Virus record (IMG/VR): IMGVR_UViG_3300017917_001342
Span: 372,001-436,000 of that record
Strand: one strand, 5' to 3'
Length of the DNA: 64,000 nucleotides
The notes beneath the pieces are model-generated. The model did not search any database and had not been told where the DNA came from. It saw only the letters and a program-made list of their open reading frames with translations. Below are positions 38,663 through 47,799 of the stretch, one piece after another (within the stretch, counting starts at the first letter, position 1; each line of letters starts with the position of its first letter). A program made the translations under genes and the position numbers.

Positions 38663-38680
38663 GATTAACTCCAACTGAGA

Positions 38681-38687
38681 TATTTAT
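38681..38687 (-). promoter_or_regulatory. Late promoter ATAAATA
   Basis: Between the portal stop and the next gene. Confidence 0.6.
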
Positions 38688-38692
38688 GAGTA

Positions 38693-40486
38693 TTACCCAC
38701 CAACTGTAGGTCCTCCTGCTGCCGGTGTACCGGGTGCAGCAAATCCAGCACCCGTGCCTGCTGCTGGCGGTAATTCGCCAGCACCTGGTGGCAATTCACC
38801 TTCTGGCGGTACTTCTTCTTCTGGGCCGCCTTCCAATCCTGGCATAGATGCATCTGGACGTATACCAATAGATGATATACCTGGCGGTTCTGCAACAGAT
38901 TTTGATCCAGTCTTACTACGAACTTTTTCTGCGTTTTCTTCTCGCCACATACGTTCGTTATCTGCAATTTCTTCTTGTGACCAACCAAGATAACGTTCAA
39001 GTGCAAAACGTTTACTAATATAACGATTTGCTTCAGTTGACATAAGTCCACTAAACAACTGTATCTGTTCAGCATCCATTTTCATTTGACGATATTGGCT
39101 AAAGCTCTGTGGCGGACAGAATTGCAATTCAAACAGATTACTTTGTATTTCTATACCGCGATACTTAAGGAACATTTTAAATTCCTTATCAAGTACCGGA
39201 GCCATTAGATTTTGTAAACGTTGGCAATATTTGCTAAAACGATATTCTTGTACAAACGCAATACCAACTTGACCATCATTATAAACAGCAGTACCATCTT
39301 CTGGACCAGTTGGCAAATAGCTACTTGGAATACCTAAACCTCTGATCATTTTGTTGTTGAAGTATTTCAAGTCGTCAATTTGACCTAGATTTTCGCCGCC
39401 ACCTAGCTGTTCAACTTTAGAACCTTTGCCTTCTGCGTTAGTTGCAAGGAAAAAGTCTTCGTTAATGCTAATAGGATTGTAACTAGCATCAATTACGTTT
39501 GCACCACCGCCAGTACGGTTAGGAATACGTCGTTGATAGATTTCGTTTTTAATACGTTCAACATATTGCATAGCACGAGGGCCGCTTAATGAACCAACGT
39601 CAATATAAAACACACGACGATCTGGCGCTCTAACAATGCGGTAAATCAGTATACAATCTTCTAACAGGTCTTTTTGCTTGTAAACCTTGTAGATGCTTTC
39701 AAGAATACTAGTACCAAATGGCCATTGGTTATCCATACCTTCACTAAGGCTAAGATGAACAACGTGAGTTGCATCAACTGCTGTGTCCTGTGGCAAGTTA
39801 TCAAAACGACTTTGTCTAGAACCCGGACTATTGCTAAGACCGTAGTTGATAGTGCCTGCACCTGCTGCGGGGTTCCCACTGCGAGGATAGCCTCCCGGGA
39901 AACTATACTGGTCATGTACCAGCATGTTAGAACCAACCAGACTATTCAAATTGAAATCCATGTCACGGATTACGTATTGTTCGATGCTTTTACCTTTGTC
40001 TTCGTTGACAATGATTTTTTCAACTTTGGTCGGATCTATCCAAATCAATCTAAATGTTTCGGGATCTCTAACGTAGATCTGATCACCGTACTTGATCACA
40101 TTTCGGAACATACGCCATATGCGCTGTTGCCATTTATTAAGGCTACACCACTGGCTTAGTGTGTCAGTTAACAGTTTTATTTCTGTTTCAGTTAGCTTGC
40201 CTTTATAGGAAATTTTAAATGGCTCTTCGTCTGATTCAAAACTCTGAGTGCTAAAATCACTGATAGTGTCTAGTGCGCGACTTATTTCACTATCAAGATC
40301 CATTTGTTCGTATTGTACATAGCGTTCAATACGGTTTGGTGCACCACTGTAAACTTCTGGTAAGTAACTGGCATATTTGCTAGTACTACTAGGCTTGCCG
40401 TCATCGCCACTGTTCCACTGATCAAGTTTGGCTTGTAACCTTGCTTGAGTAGGAACTGCTGAGAAATATTTCTTCCAGGATGCCAT
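38693..40486 (-). CDS. gp20: Portal protein
   Basis: YEQMDLDSEISRALD, LEDCILIYRIVRAPDRRVFYIDVG, EDFFL, DDLKYF, GIPSSYL. Confidence 0.93.
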   Translation of the reverse strand: MASWKKYFSAVPTQARLQAKLDQWNSGDDGKPSSTSKYASYLPEVYSGAPNRIERYVQYEQMDLDSEISRALDTISDFSTQSFESDEEPFKISYKGKLTETEIKLLTDTLSQWCSLNKWQQRIWRMFRNVIKYGDQIYVRDPETFRLIWIDPTKVEKIIVNEDKGKSIEQYVIRDMDFNLNSLVGSNMLVHDQYSFPGGYPRSGNPAAGAGTINYGLSNSPGSRQSRFDNLPQDTAVDATHVVHLSLSEGMDNQWPFGTSILESIYKVYKQKDLLEDCILIYRIVRAPDRRVFYIDVGSLSGPRAMQYVERIKNEIYQRRIPNRTGGGANVIDASYNPISINEDFFLATNAEGKGSKVEQLGGGENLGQIDDLKYFNNKMIRGLGIPSSYLPTGPEDGTAVYNDGQVGIAFVQEYRFSKYCQRLQNLMAPVLDKEFKMFLKYRGIEIQSNLFELQFCPPQSFSQYRQMKMDAEQIQLFSGLMSTEANRYISKRFALERYLGWSQEEIADNERMWREENAEKVRSKTGSKSVAEPPGISSIGIRPDASMPGLEGGPEEEVPPEGELPPGAGELPPAAGTGAGFAAPGTPAAGGPTVGG

Positions 40487-40509
40487 ATTATTGCCTTGTG
40501 TTAGTAGGA

Positions 40510-40516
40510 TATTTAT
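40510..40516 (-). promoter_or_regulatory. Late promoter ATAAATA (portal)
   Basis: 24 nt upstream of ATG. Confidence 0.6.
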
Positions 40517-40548
40517 TGTATGCTTAAATTATCTAACAAATCAAATTA

Positions 40549-42384
40549 TTATATAAGAACACCGCTATTATCATTGATAGCGTGTTTTAATGTTGAAGTT
40601 TGATTATCGATATTGGTATTGAGATTTTTTAATTCTGCAATCATTTTGCCTATATTAAGCAACATTTCTGACATTTGCTGATACGACATATCATGTGTAT
40701 CTCTAAGTGTTGCTACTAATGTTTCTGTATTATCAGTCTGTGTTTTATTAATGTCTCCTGCGGGCGGTATAGTTACTATAGATGATTCTATTGTAGGTGC
40801 AGCAGGTGCAACTGTTCTTGGTAATTCATAATTGATAGGCAAAATATAATCATTGAGATTAATAGGCACTGGTTCAACGGCAGGTATGATGTAATCTCTT
40901 AGATCTATTTCTACTGGTACAACTGTTGGTATTACTTCAAATCCTTGATTAGTTGGAACAGCAGGTTCGTATTCAATTGGCTGTGGAGTAGTTTCAACTG
41001 GTGCAGGAGGTGCTGTTGTAGGTGTTACATCTTGTCTATCACGTGATGTAGCAGGCGGAGTTGGTGTTAAATTTGGCAATACATCAGTACCAAATGTGTC
41101 TTGTAATGATTTGTAAGCAGTGTTAAAGGCCGTGGTCAATATACCAGCCGAATTAGACATTTCTAATAGACCATTACTCAGTGGTATGAGTACATTGGTT
41201 TTTATTTCAGCCGCACCATCAGCTATTATTGCGATGTTGTCTTTGAAATTGTTAAATGCAGCAAGTGCACCAATATCAATACTATTAGTAAGAGTATTAA
41301 CACTGTTGTCAATTTTATTCATATTTTCGATAAAGTCTTTGGTTGCTTGATCGATTGGTGCCAATGGTTTGGTTATATCATCGGCCATCTGATTAGTAGC
41401 CTGAGTGATTGTACCTGCCATTTTTGCCCATGTTTCGTCCTGATATATTTGTAGTTCAGGACTAGCTGATAATGTATCAGCAAGGGTTGTACTAAATTCG
41501 TCAAATTTTCTTACTTTTTCAGCAGGGTCAGTTTCAGATACAGCCGCTGCAAATTCGTCAAGTGTACCCGTGAGTGTTAACATTGTAGAAAAATCGTCAC
41601 TTAGACCAGATATACCTAACGCAGCAAAACCTCTGGCTTCGTTAGTTAACAAATTAAATGCTTCACCTGTTCCGACATTAAATCTAGACAGTGCTCTAAA
41701 GGTTTCATTTAGATTTTCCTGTTGCGCTCTGCTCATTGTGGCATATAAAAATGCACTCTGTGCTTCTTCAGTTTTTGCTTTAATGCTAGCTGCTATTTGT
41801 TCAGTGCTTTTACCTGTTACTTGTGCTGCTTCATTGAGAGATTTTGTAAAACGTACAGAACTGTCGGCTAGCTCTTGTGTAGTGTAACGTTGTGTTGCAC
41901 CTGTTAATGTTAAAATATCTAAATATTGCAGACCGCCATCTTGTAACTCTTCAAGGGTCAGACCAAATGTAGCACCCTGTGAAGATAAGCGTTTAAGGCT
42001 CGCTGCAAATTCGGTTACTGTTGGTATTCCAAGTTTTGCAACAGTTGTCGAATGTTTAGTTAAAAGTTCTGTTAACTTTGGAAATGTAACACCAAATTCA
42101 TCAGCAGTTTGTAGAATTTGATTAGAACTAATAACAATACCAGTTTTGTATAAGTCAGCTATGCTGTCAGTTGCTTGCTGAGCTCTATCACGAGCTTTTA
42201 CAATTAAATCAACTGTAGCAGTCATTGCTATACCAAGGTTTTTAAAGCCAGAATCAAGACCCGAGAAAGTTGACAACATCGATGACGTAGTAGCACTGCC
42301 AACTTTACTTTCTGCTTTAAGACGCTTTGCGACTTCATCCTCGATAAATTTTTTCATCTCGGGGGTCATGATAGGATCTGCCAT
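40549..42384 (-). CDS. Tape-measure-like / gp29-like baseplate hub protein
   Basis: 611-aa A/T/L-rich helical N-part and P/T-rich C-part. Divergent from the gp26-like gene. Confidence 0.5.
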   Translation of the reverse strand: MADPIMTPEMKKFIEDEVAKRLKAESKVGSATTSSMLSTFSGLDSGFKNLGIAMTATVDLIVKARDRAQQATDSIADLYKTGIVISSNQILQTADEFGVTFPKLTELLTKHSTTVAKLGIPTVTEFAASLKRLSSQGATFGLTLEELQDGGLQYLDILTLTGATQRYTTQELADSSVRFTKSLNEAAQVTGKSTEQIAASIKAKTEEAQSAFLYATMSRAQQENLNETFRALSRFNVGTGEAFNLLTNEARGFAALGISGLSDDFSTMLTLTGTLDEFAAAVSETDPAEKVRKFDEFSTTLADTLSASPELQIYQDETWAKMAGTITQATNQMADDITKPLAPIDQATKDFIENMNKIDNSVNTLTNSIDIGALAAFNNFKDNIAIIADGAAEIKTNVLIPLSNGLLEMSNSAGILTTAFNTAYKSLQDTFGTDVLPNLTPTPPATSRDRQDVTPTTAPPAPVETTPQPIEYEPAVPTNQGFEVIPTVVPVEIDLRDYIIPAVEPVPINLNDYILPINYELPRTVAPAAPTIESSIVTIPPAGDINKTQTDNTETLVATLRDTHDMSYQQMSEMLLNIGKMIAELKNLNTNIDNQTSTLKHAINDNSGVLI

Positions 42385-42412
42385 AATTTCTTTAAACCCA
42401 ATTAAAACTGCA

Positions 42413-42431
42413 TTAAATACTAGATATTTAT
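42413..42431. promoter_or_regulatory. Overlapping face-to-face late promoters TTAAATA(+, 42413-42419) and ATAAATA(-, 42425-42431)
   Basis: Located in the 60-bp gap between divergent genes. Confidence 0.55.
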
Positions 42432-42444
42432 TGGAGATTAAATC

Positions 42445-43299
42445 ATGTCAGCTAATCCACTTCAACGGTATTTTCGCAGACCTGCATTATGGGTAAAATT
42501 ACCAACACTAGGCAAATGGTACCAAAACAATGAAGTGCGTTACAATGAAAATTTCGAAGTACAGGTCTATGGCATAACTGCAATAGACGAAATCTTAATC
42601 AATACACCCGACGCACTGTTTAATGGGCATGCATTAGAAAGCGTTATTAGAAGTTGTATACCAGAAGTATATGACATTAAGAGTCTATTACAGCCAGACT
42701 TAGAAGCACTGTTTTTAGGAATCAAATCTGCATCAAGTAACGGAAAATATGAAATCACTAGGACTTGCAAAAAATGTACACATGAAAATACATTTGATTT
42801 AAATTGCAATCATCTTTTAGATAGCATGAGATATCTAGAAGATTCAGATGCTGTAGTCAATGTAGGTAATGATATTAAGGTGCATGTAAAACCTTACGAT
42901 TTCGACATGCGCAGTTTATTCATTAAACGACAACTAGAAGAAAGAAAAACTCTTTCATTAATAGAAAATGACACAGAGATAGACGATAATTTATTGAAAG
43001 CTAGCAAATATGCAAAAAGCTTAGAAGAAATGACTAAATTGACATTTAGGTTGATGTCCGAGTCTATTGTTGCAGTAGAAATTCTAGGCAGAGATGCACA
43101 ATACGTCACTGACAAAGACCATATATCAGAATGGATGTTAAATGTTAATAAGCAAACTGCTAGTTCAATCATAGAGGCAGTTAATGCATTGAACGCATTA
43201 GGTCCCCAAAGGTCCACTACTGCTGTGTGTCAAAATTGCAGTCACACCTGGGAAGAAAGCCTTAATTTTGATCCAACTGTTTTTTTTACGCAACGATAA
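42445..43299 (+). CDS. gp26: Baseplate hub assembly / tail chaperone protein (T4 gp26-like)
   Basis: NPLQRYFRRP...KLPT.G.WY, DLEALF..IKSAS.G, CxxC pairs, ends FDPTVFF. Confidence 0.7.
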   Translation: MSANPLQRYFRRPALWVKLPTLGKWYQNNEVRYNENFEVQVYGITAIDEILINTPDALFNGHALESVIRSCIPEVYDIKSLLQPDLEALFLGIKSASSNGKYEITRTCKKCTHENTFDLNCNHLLDSMRYLEDSDAVVNVGNDIKVHVKPYDFDMRSLFIKRQLEERKTLSLIENDTEIDDNLLKASKYAKSLEEMTKLTFRLMSESIVAVEILGRDAQYVTDKDHISEWMLNVNKQTASSIIEAVNALNALGPQRSTTAVCQNCSHTWEESLNFDPTVFFTQR

Positions 43300-43517
43300 C
43301 AGACTCTGATGTAGAAAAAATAGATAACATGTTAAGACTGTTATCTAGCAATAGAGATGTTATCGAAAATGACATTAACACATTGGTTTATTACATGAAT
43401 GGCGGATTGGATTATAATGATGCCTGGTTACTGACATCTGATCAACGCAAGAACATGTATAATGTCATTCAGAAACACTTCAATGCGATTAATCCTAAAA
43501 ACAAGTCTATGTTATAA
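43287..43517 (+). CDS. -1 frame extension of the gp26-like gene (contains track ORF 43329..43517)
   Basis: Open from the T-run at 43281-43287 through to ATG 43329. No SD before that ATG. YYMNGGLDYNDAWLLT motif. Confidence 0.6.
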   Translation, partial: YATITDSDVEKIDNMLRLLSSNRDVIENDINTLVYYMNGGLDYNDAWLLTSDQRKNMYNVIQKHFNAINPKNKSML

Positions 43518-43529
43518 TTCTATGTTTTG

Positions 43530-43575
43530 TGATGAGCTAAAGCTCATCAGTTATTTGATCTAAAGATCAAATAAC
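43530..43575. repeat. Two abutting perfect palindromes with identical CT-AA-AG centres
   Basis: TGATGAGCT-AA-AGCTCATCA (43530-43549) and GTTATTTGATCT-AA-AGATCAAATAAC (43550-43575). Confidence 0.9.
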
Positions 43576-43612
43576 ATTTTTAATAATTAAAAACTATCAA
43601 TTTATTAAGTAT

Positions 43613-43970
43613 TTCTGGTCGAGTTTGGGATCATATCACTCCCTTACCCAGGGAGTAATAAGATTGTCTTTCTGGTTCGAATGACGACCTGCCCTTTCAT
43701 CCTTGTTCTGCGTGAACAGCTGGCGGAGTACCTAATTCCAGCTTACAGATGTGATCCTCTGAGGAGTCTATACCTCAATACTCGGTTATGGGAGTTTACC
43801 CAAGCTACAGTAAGGTCAAACGGCCAGACCATTACTGCACTACAGAAAGCCAGTCAGACGGCTACTGTAGTCCTTTTTCTGATTTACTTGGCCAGGGCTT
43901 TGCAGTAGAATCCCTGTCAGTGAGTGTGATAACCTTGCCGTTATCCTTTCACTGGATGGAAAACACCATC
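43613..43970 (-). ncRNA. Putative large structured non-coding RNA (family unassigned)
   Basis: At least 9 consecutive stem-loops in a visibly GC-richer intergenic stretch. Several plus-strand A.C mismatches read as G.U on the minus strand. Confidence 0.55.
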
Positions 43971-44038
43971 ATTATGAAGCCAATATACGCGAAAGTTTTA
44001 GTTAATGGGAAATAAAGCAGTGAATACTAAGTGAGATA

Positions 44039-44386
44039 TTAAATTGAGCCTAGTGTTTTTTGAATCTCTTGATCTATAACTTCTGAGAGTTTTGTGCGTT
44101 CTAAAGTAATCATTGCTATGCCTACAACTGACCACAACGCTTGACGTTGTTCGTCAGTTAATTTCTTATACTTATTATCGAGTATCTTATGAAATTCTTC
44201 TTTCATATTATAGCATGGCCCAGCTATAGTACCGTAGTTTACCATTACTGGTTTGCGTTGCCATGGACTTTTTTTAGCTGCTGGTGCTGCTGCGGGTTTA
44301 GCATCAGCGGGGAACCAGTGTTTATCAGCTGATTCAGTAACTGCGTCTTTAGTTGCCTTTGTAGTCTTTTTAATTGCCATTCTCAT
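44039..44386 (-). CDS. Hypothetical protein
   Basis: K/A-rich N-terminus. Last gene of the recombination operon. Start may be ATG 44380. Confidence 0.5.
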   Translation of the reverse strand: MRMAIKKTTKATKDAVTESADKHWFPADAKPAAAPAAKKSPWQRKPVMVNYGTIAGPCYNMKEEFHKILDNKYKKLTDEQRQALWSVVGIAMITLERTKLSEVIDQEIQKTLGSI

Positions 44387-44933
44387 TCTCTGTTACTGTT
44401 ATAGCATTGCTTGCTGTGGTGGTATCTGTCAAATTAGATTTGTTAAAAAAGTGATTTTCTGGTTGAGCCAAGTAATCGTCAAAACTGTGAATGTAGTATT
44501 CTTTGTATCTATTATGAAATTTACCTGTTATAGGCGACTTTAAAAATGTCATAATATCAACGTTGTTGTATTTTACAACAAGCACCATTGCTTTGCCGCT
44601 TGCTGCTGCATCTTGTTCTGCCTGTGAAAGCCAAGTGTCCCATTGTTGAACGCTGTGATTAAGCCAACTCTGTACACTTGGTGCTTTTTTGTAATGTTTA
44701 CACTCGATACTGTAAGTAAAGTCTCTTGGACAAATTAAATCTCCAAAAATTGCATAGTCTAAACTGTAGTTTTCAGTTCTAGTTTTATTGCTGCCTCCGA
44801 AGAAGCTACCACTATCTGGATTGCGTCTAAAACCATTTTTAACACCTAGATGCGATTCAAATCTTGCACTTAATATGTTTGCAATTTTTCTTTCAAATGA
44901 ATTGCCTTTTGCTTTACCATTTACAGCCATCAC
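44370..44933 (-). CDS. Holliday junction resolvase-like PD-(D/E)xK nuclease
   Basis: NGKAKGNSFER, GDLICP, SIECKHY. Confidence 0.75.
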   Translation of the reverse strand: MMAVNGKAKGNSFERKIANILSARFESHLGVKNGFRRNPDSGSFFGGSNKTRTENYSLDYAIFGDLICPRDFTYSIECKHYKKAPSVQSWLNHSVQQWDTWLSQAEQDAAASGKAMVLVVKYNNVDIMTFLKSPITGKFHNRYKEYYIHSFDDYLAQPENHFFNKSNLTDTTTASNAITVTENENGN

Positions 44934-44953
44934 CGTTCCTTTGCTATATTAAA

Positions 44954-46735
44954 TTATATAGCAATCTCGTGGTCATAGCTGAATGAGGTAAATGAATTTT
45001 CTTTTATAACACTTAGAACATTACTAACTCGTGTTATTAATTCTTCTCTATGTGAAATTACAAATACATTTTTGTTTCGTTCTCGCTCCATCTTTTTAAG
45101 TACTGCAACTGAACCTTCTAAACCAGCAGGGTCTAACCCGCTGTCGAGTAATTCGTCAACAAACAATAGATTGACTGCTTGGTTAGTATTTTCAAATATG
45201 TCTCTAAAACTCCAGCTTAGTCCAAGTATTAGTCTTGTGCGTTCACCTCGACTTAGATTGTCGAAATCTAGATCTTGACCTAACAGTGTTATTTCAGTGC
45301 TTAGATCGTTTAGGAATTTAACGTTGTGTGGCAATCCCAATTTGTCTAGGTAGTCATTTAGTCTGCTATTAAGATATGACAGGTTTTGATCAATAATACG
45401 TTTACGTATAAAACTGTCTTTGTTCGTTAGCAGTTTTAGCAAGAACTCCTGATGTTCTCGAGACTTATTAAGACTGTTCAGATGTTCGTAGCTAACAGGT
45501 TGAACAGTGTTTTGCAAACTGTCTACCTGATCTAAATAGGGATTCACTGAATTTTGTTCCCGCTGTAGATCTTTATACAGCGTGTCTACAGTGTTTTTAT
45601 GATTCAATGCTTCTTTCAGTGTTGGGTAAAAAGTTTGAGGTTTAGTCATACTTTCAAACACTGGCAACATTTGATTCAGTTGATCAGTTAGCGTATCTAT
45701 CTCTTTTCGTTCAACTGCAATTTGAGCATCTAAATCACCTATACGCTTTTCCAAGTCACTGACAATATCTTCATGTGTGTGACCTTTGATACCGCTACCA
45801 CACATAGGGCATTGTTTACCTTGTGCAGTAGTGTATTGATTCAATAGCCCATTAAGCTGTGTTTCAAGTTGAGATGCGTGTCTAGTTTTGGTATTGATGT
45901 CCTTGTTAAACTGTGTAATACCTGCATTGAGTTCTTTATACACATCAATGTCATTGTGTGCAGCAAGTTCAGCTTCGATATCCAACGTCTCTAACTGGCC
46001 GATAGCCAGTTTCAACTCTTCTATATCTCGTTGGTTTTTGTTATCCCAGTTTTCAATACGCTGTTGCAATTCTAAAACAGTTTTTTCTATTTTTTCATTT
46101 GCAGTTTTAACAGTTTTGATACGGAACTCTTCTTGATCAATCTGTGTTTTTGTAGTTTTAATTAACTCTTTCAGGTTTTCAGCTTTTTGACTAAGCATGG
46201 TAATGCCTAGCAATTCTTCAATAATTTCTCGCTGTTTACCTGCACCCATTGATAGAAATGGTTCAGTATAGGTATTGAGTGCAACAATGTGTTTAAACAG
46301 TGCATGACTCATACCAATGATTCTGTTGATTTCTTTTTGAGTATCTTTTATTTCGCCTTGTGCTTCATCGGTAGCATTTTCATCTGCTTTGTTTACGTCA
46401 TCAACTATCCAACGAAAGAATTGCGGCTTGCGACCGCGTTCTATTCTATGCAATTTACCGTCAATTTCAAACTCAATACTAACAGCCATGTTCTTGCTGT
46501 TAATCTTGTTTACAAGGTTGTCTTTCTTAATATTGGTAAGTGCATCTCCATAAAGCCCAAAACTAATAGCCTGCAATATAGTGCTTTTACCGACACCGTT
46601 TCTAGATCCATTGCCGCCTAGGTCGAGGTTATCACCTAGTACCAACGTAAGACCATTGCGATCTAATTCAACTGCCTGTGTAACTGCACCAACAGACAGA
46701 AAGTTTTTCATTGAAACATTTTTGATTTTTAACAT
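44954..46735 (-). CDS. gp46: Recombination ATPase (Rad50/SbcC-like)
   Basis: GSRNGVGKST Walker A, CPMC Zn-hook, LSRGE signature, LFVDE Walker B, VISH. Confidence 0.93.
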   Translation of the reverse strand: MLKIKNVSMKNFLSVGAVTQAVELDRNGLTLVLGDNLDLGGNGSRNGVGKSTILQAISFGLYGDALTNIKKDNLVNKINSKNMAVSIEFEIDGKLHRIERGRKPQFFRWIVDDVNKADENATDEAQGEIKDTQKEINRIIGMSHALFKHIVALNTYTEPFLSMGAGKQREIIEELLGITMLSQKAENLKELIKTTKTQIDQEEFRIKTVKTANEKIEKTVLELQQRIENWDNKNQRDIEELKLAIGQLETLDIEAELAAHNDIDVYKELNAGITQFNKDINTKTRHASQLETQLNGLLNQYTTAQGKQCPMCGSGIKGHTHEDIVSDLEKRIGDLDAQIAVERKEIDTLTDQLNQMLPVFESMTKPQTFYPTLKEALNHKNTVDTLYKDLQREQNSVNPYLDQVDSLQNTVQPVSYEHLNSLNKSREHQEFLLKLLTNKDSFIRKRIIDQNLSYLNSRLNDYLDKLGLPHNVKFLNDLSTEITLLGQDLDFDNLSRGERTRLILGLSWSFRDIFENTNQAVNLLFVDELLDSGLDPAGLEGSVAVLKKMERERNKNVFVISHREELITRVSNVLSVIKENSFTSFSYDHEIAI

Positions 46736-46737
46736 GA

Positions 46738-47757
46738 TTAAATGCTCTGATAGATTTCAATTAGCTGTTGCTTATTGATAGTATTGCTTTCGATACTTTT
46801 AAGGTGGCTGATCACAATAGTATCAACACTTTCAAAGTTAATATCATCTGCCGATATTTCACCTATTGCATCAGTTTTAGATACCTGTAGGTTTATTTCT
46901 CTAGCATTGAATTCCTGCTCAAACAGTTCTTTTAAGAAATTTGCTTCTTCGTAAGTAACGTCTACATCTACTGCAATACGTGCAAAGGTTTTGTCGTCTA
47001 AAAACTGTTCGGGATCTTCTAACAAGTGACTCATGTTTATTGTTCTATATTTAGGTGCGTCAGGCCATGACATAAACTTGGGGTCGTCACCGGGCGACCA
47101 AATCATTATACCGCGTTCGTCATCCCAGGCATCTGCATAATTGTGCGGGAAACAGTTACCAGTGTACCATATTTTTCCGCGGTTTTGTCTTTTATGGAAA
47201 TGCCCGCTAAACACTTGTTTTTGATTTACAAAGTGGTTTTCGTTAAGCTGACCGTGGTCTGGCATTTCAACCATTGCGTTCATTTTGAAATGCGGTAATT
47301 CGAAATGTCCAAACATGTAAGGTGCTTTGACTTTTTGTACATGTTTCCAGTCATCGCCTACCATCCAGGGCACAAAACTAACACCGTCTACTTCGGTTAT
47401 AGATTCAATGAGATGAATGTTTGAAAATTCTTTTATGTAGGGAATACTGTGTATTTCGTTTTTATCACGATAAAATTGATCGTGGTTACCTAATATGAAC
47501 CAAGTGTGATCAAAATAACTATTCAGTAATTTGAGACCACTAACAGAATAGTTCAACGTGCTAACGTTGATCGCACTGCGAACATGATGCCAATCCCCGC
47601 CAAAGATGCAATTTTTAATATTGCGTTCTTCTGCTTGTTCAATCATCCATTTGATAAAACGTTCGCAACTGTCGTTGTGATCTCGACTGTTGTTGCGCAT
47701 GCCGTAGTGAATGTCAGTAAAGACTATTGTATTTGAGAAATCTATATCTTTTGTCAT
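46738..47757 (-). CDS. gp47: Recombination nuclease (Mre11/SbcD-like)
   Basis: FTDIH, GGDWHH, GNHD, GHFE, SGHFH. Start likely MTKD at 47757. Confidence 0.92.
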   Translation of the reverse strand: MTKDIDFSNTIVFTDIHYGMRNNSRDHNDSCERFIKWMIEQAEERNIKNCIFGGDWHHVRSAINVSTLNYSVSGLKLLNSYFDHTWFILGNHDQFYRDKNEIHSIPYIKEFSNIHLIESITEVDGVSFVPWMVGDDWKHVQKVKAPYMFGHFELPHFKMNAMVEMPDHGQLNENHFVNQKQVFSGHFHKRQNRGKIWYTGNCFPHNYADAWDDERGIMIWSPGDDPKFMSWPDAPKYRTINMSHLLEDPEQFLDDKTFARIAVDVDVTYEEANFLKELFEQEFNAREINLQVSKTDAIGEISADDINFESVDTIVISHLKSIESNTINKQQLIEIYQSI

Positions 47758-47799
47758 ACAACAGCATACGGTACAGCATGCTTGCAATCAACCATGTAG

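Noticed and set aside
38693-38900. Pro/Gly/Glu-rich portal C-terminal tail
   Set aside because: Disordered tails are common on portals of large T4-like phages, and no discrete motif was found.
43613-43970. RNase P, tmRNA or group I intron identity (GGUAAACUCC and ACUACAGAAA-like words)
   Set aside because: The isolated matches lie on different strands, and the P4 GAGGAAAGUCC/ACAnAAnnCGGCUUA pair and group I core order are absent.
43681-44015. Two 75-aa plus-strand ORFs in the structured region
   Set aside because: Overlapping, no SD and no recognisable motif. Better explained by non-coding structure.
47758-47787. Cys-rich N-terminal MQACCTVCCC on gp47
   Set aside because: Artefact of the longest-ORF start call. 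The true start is likely 47757.
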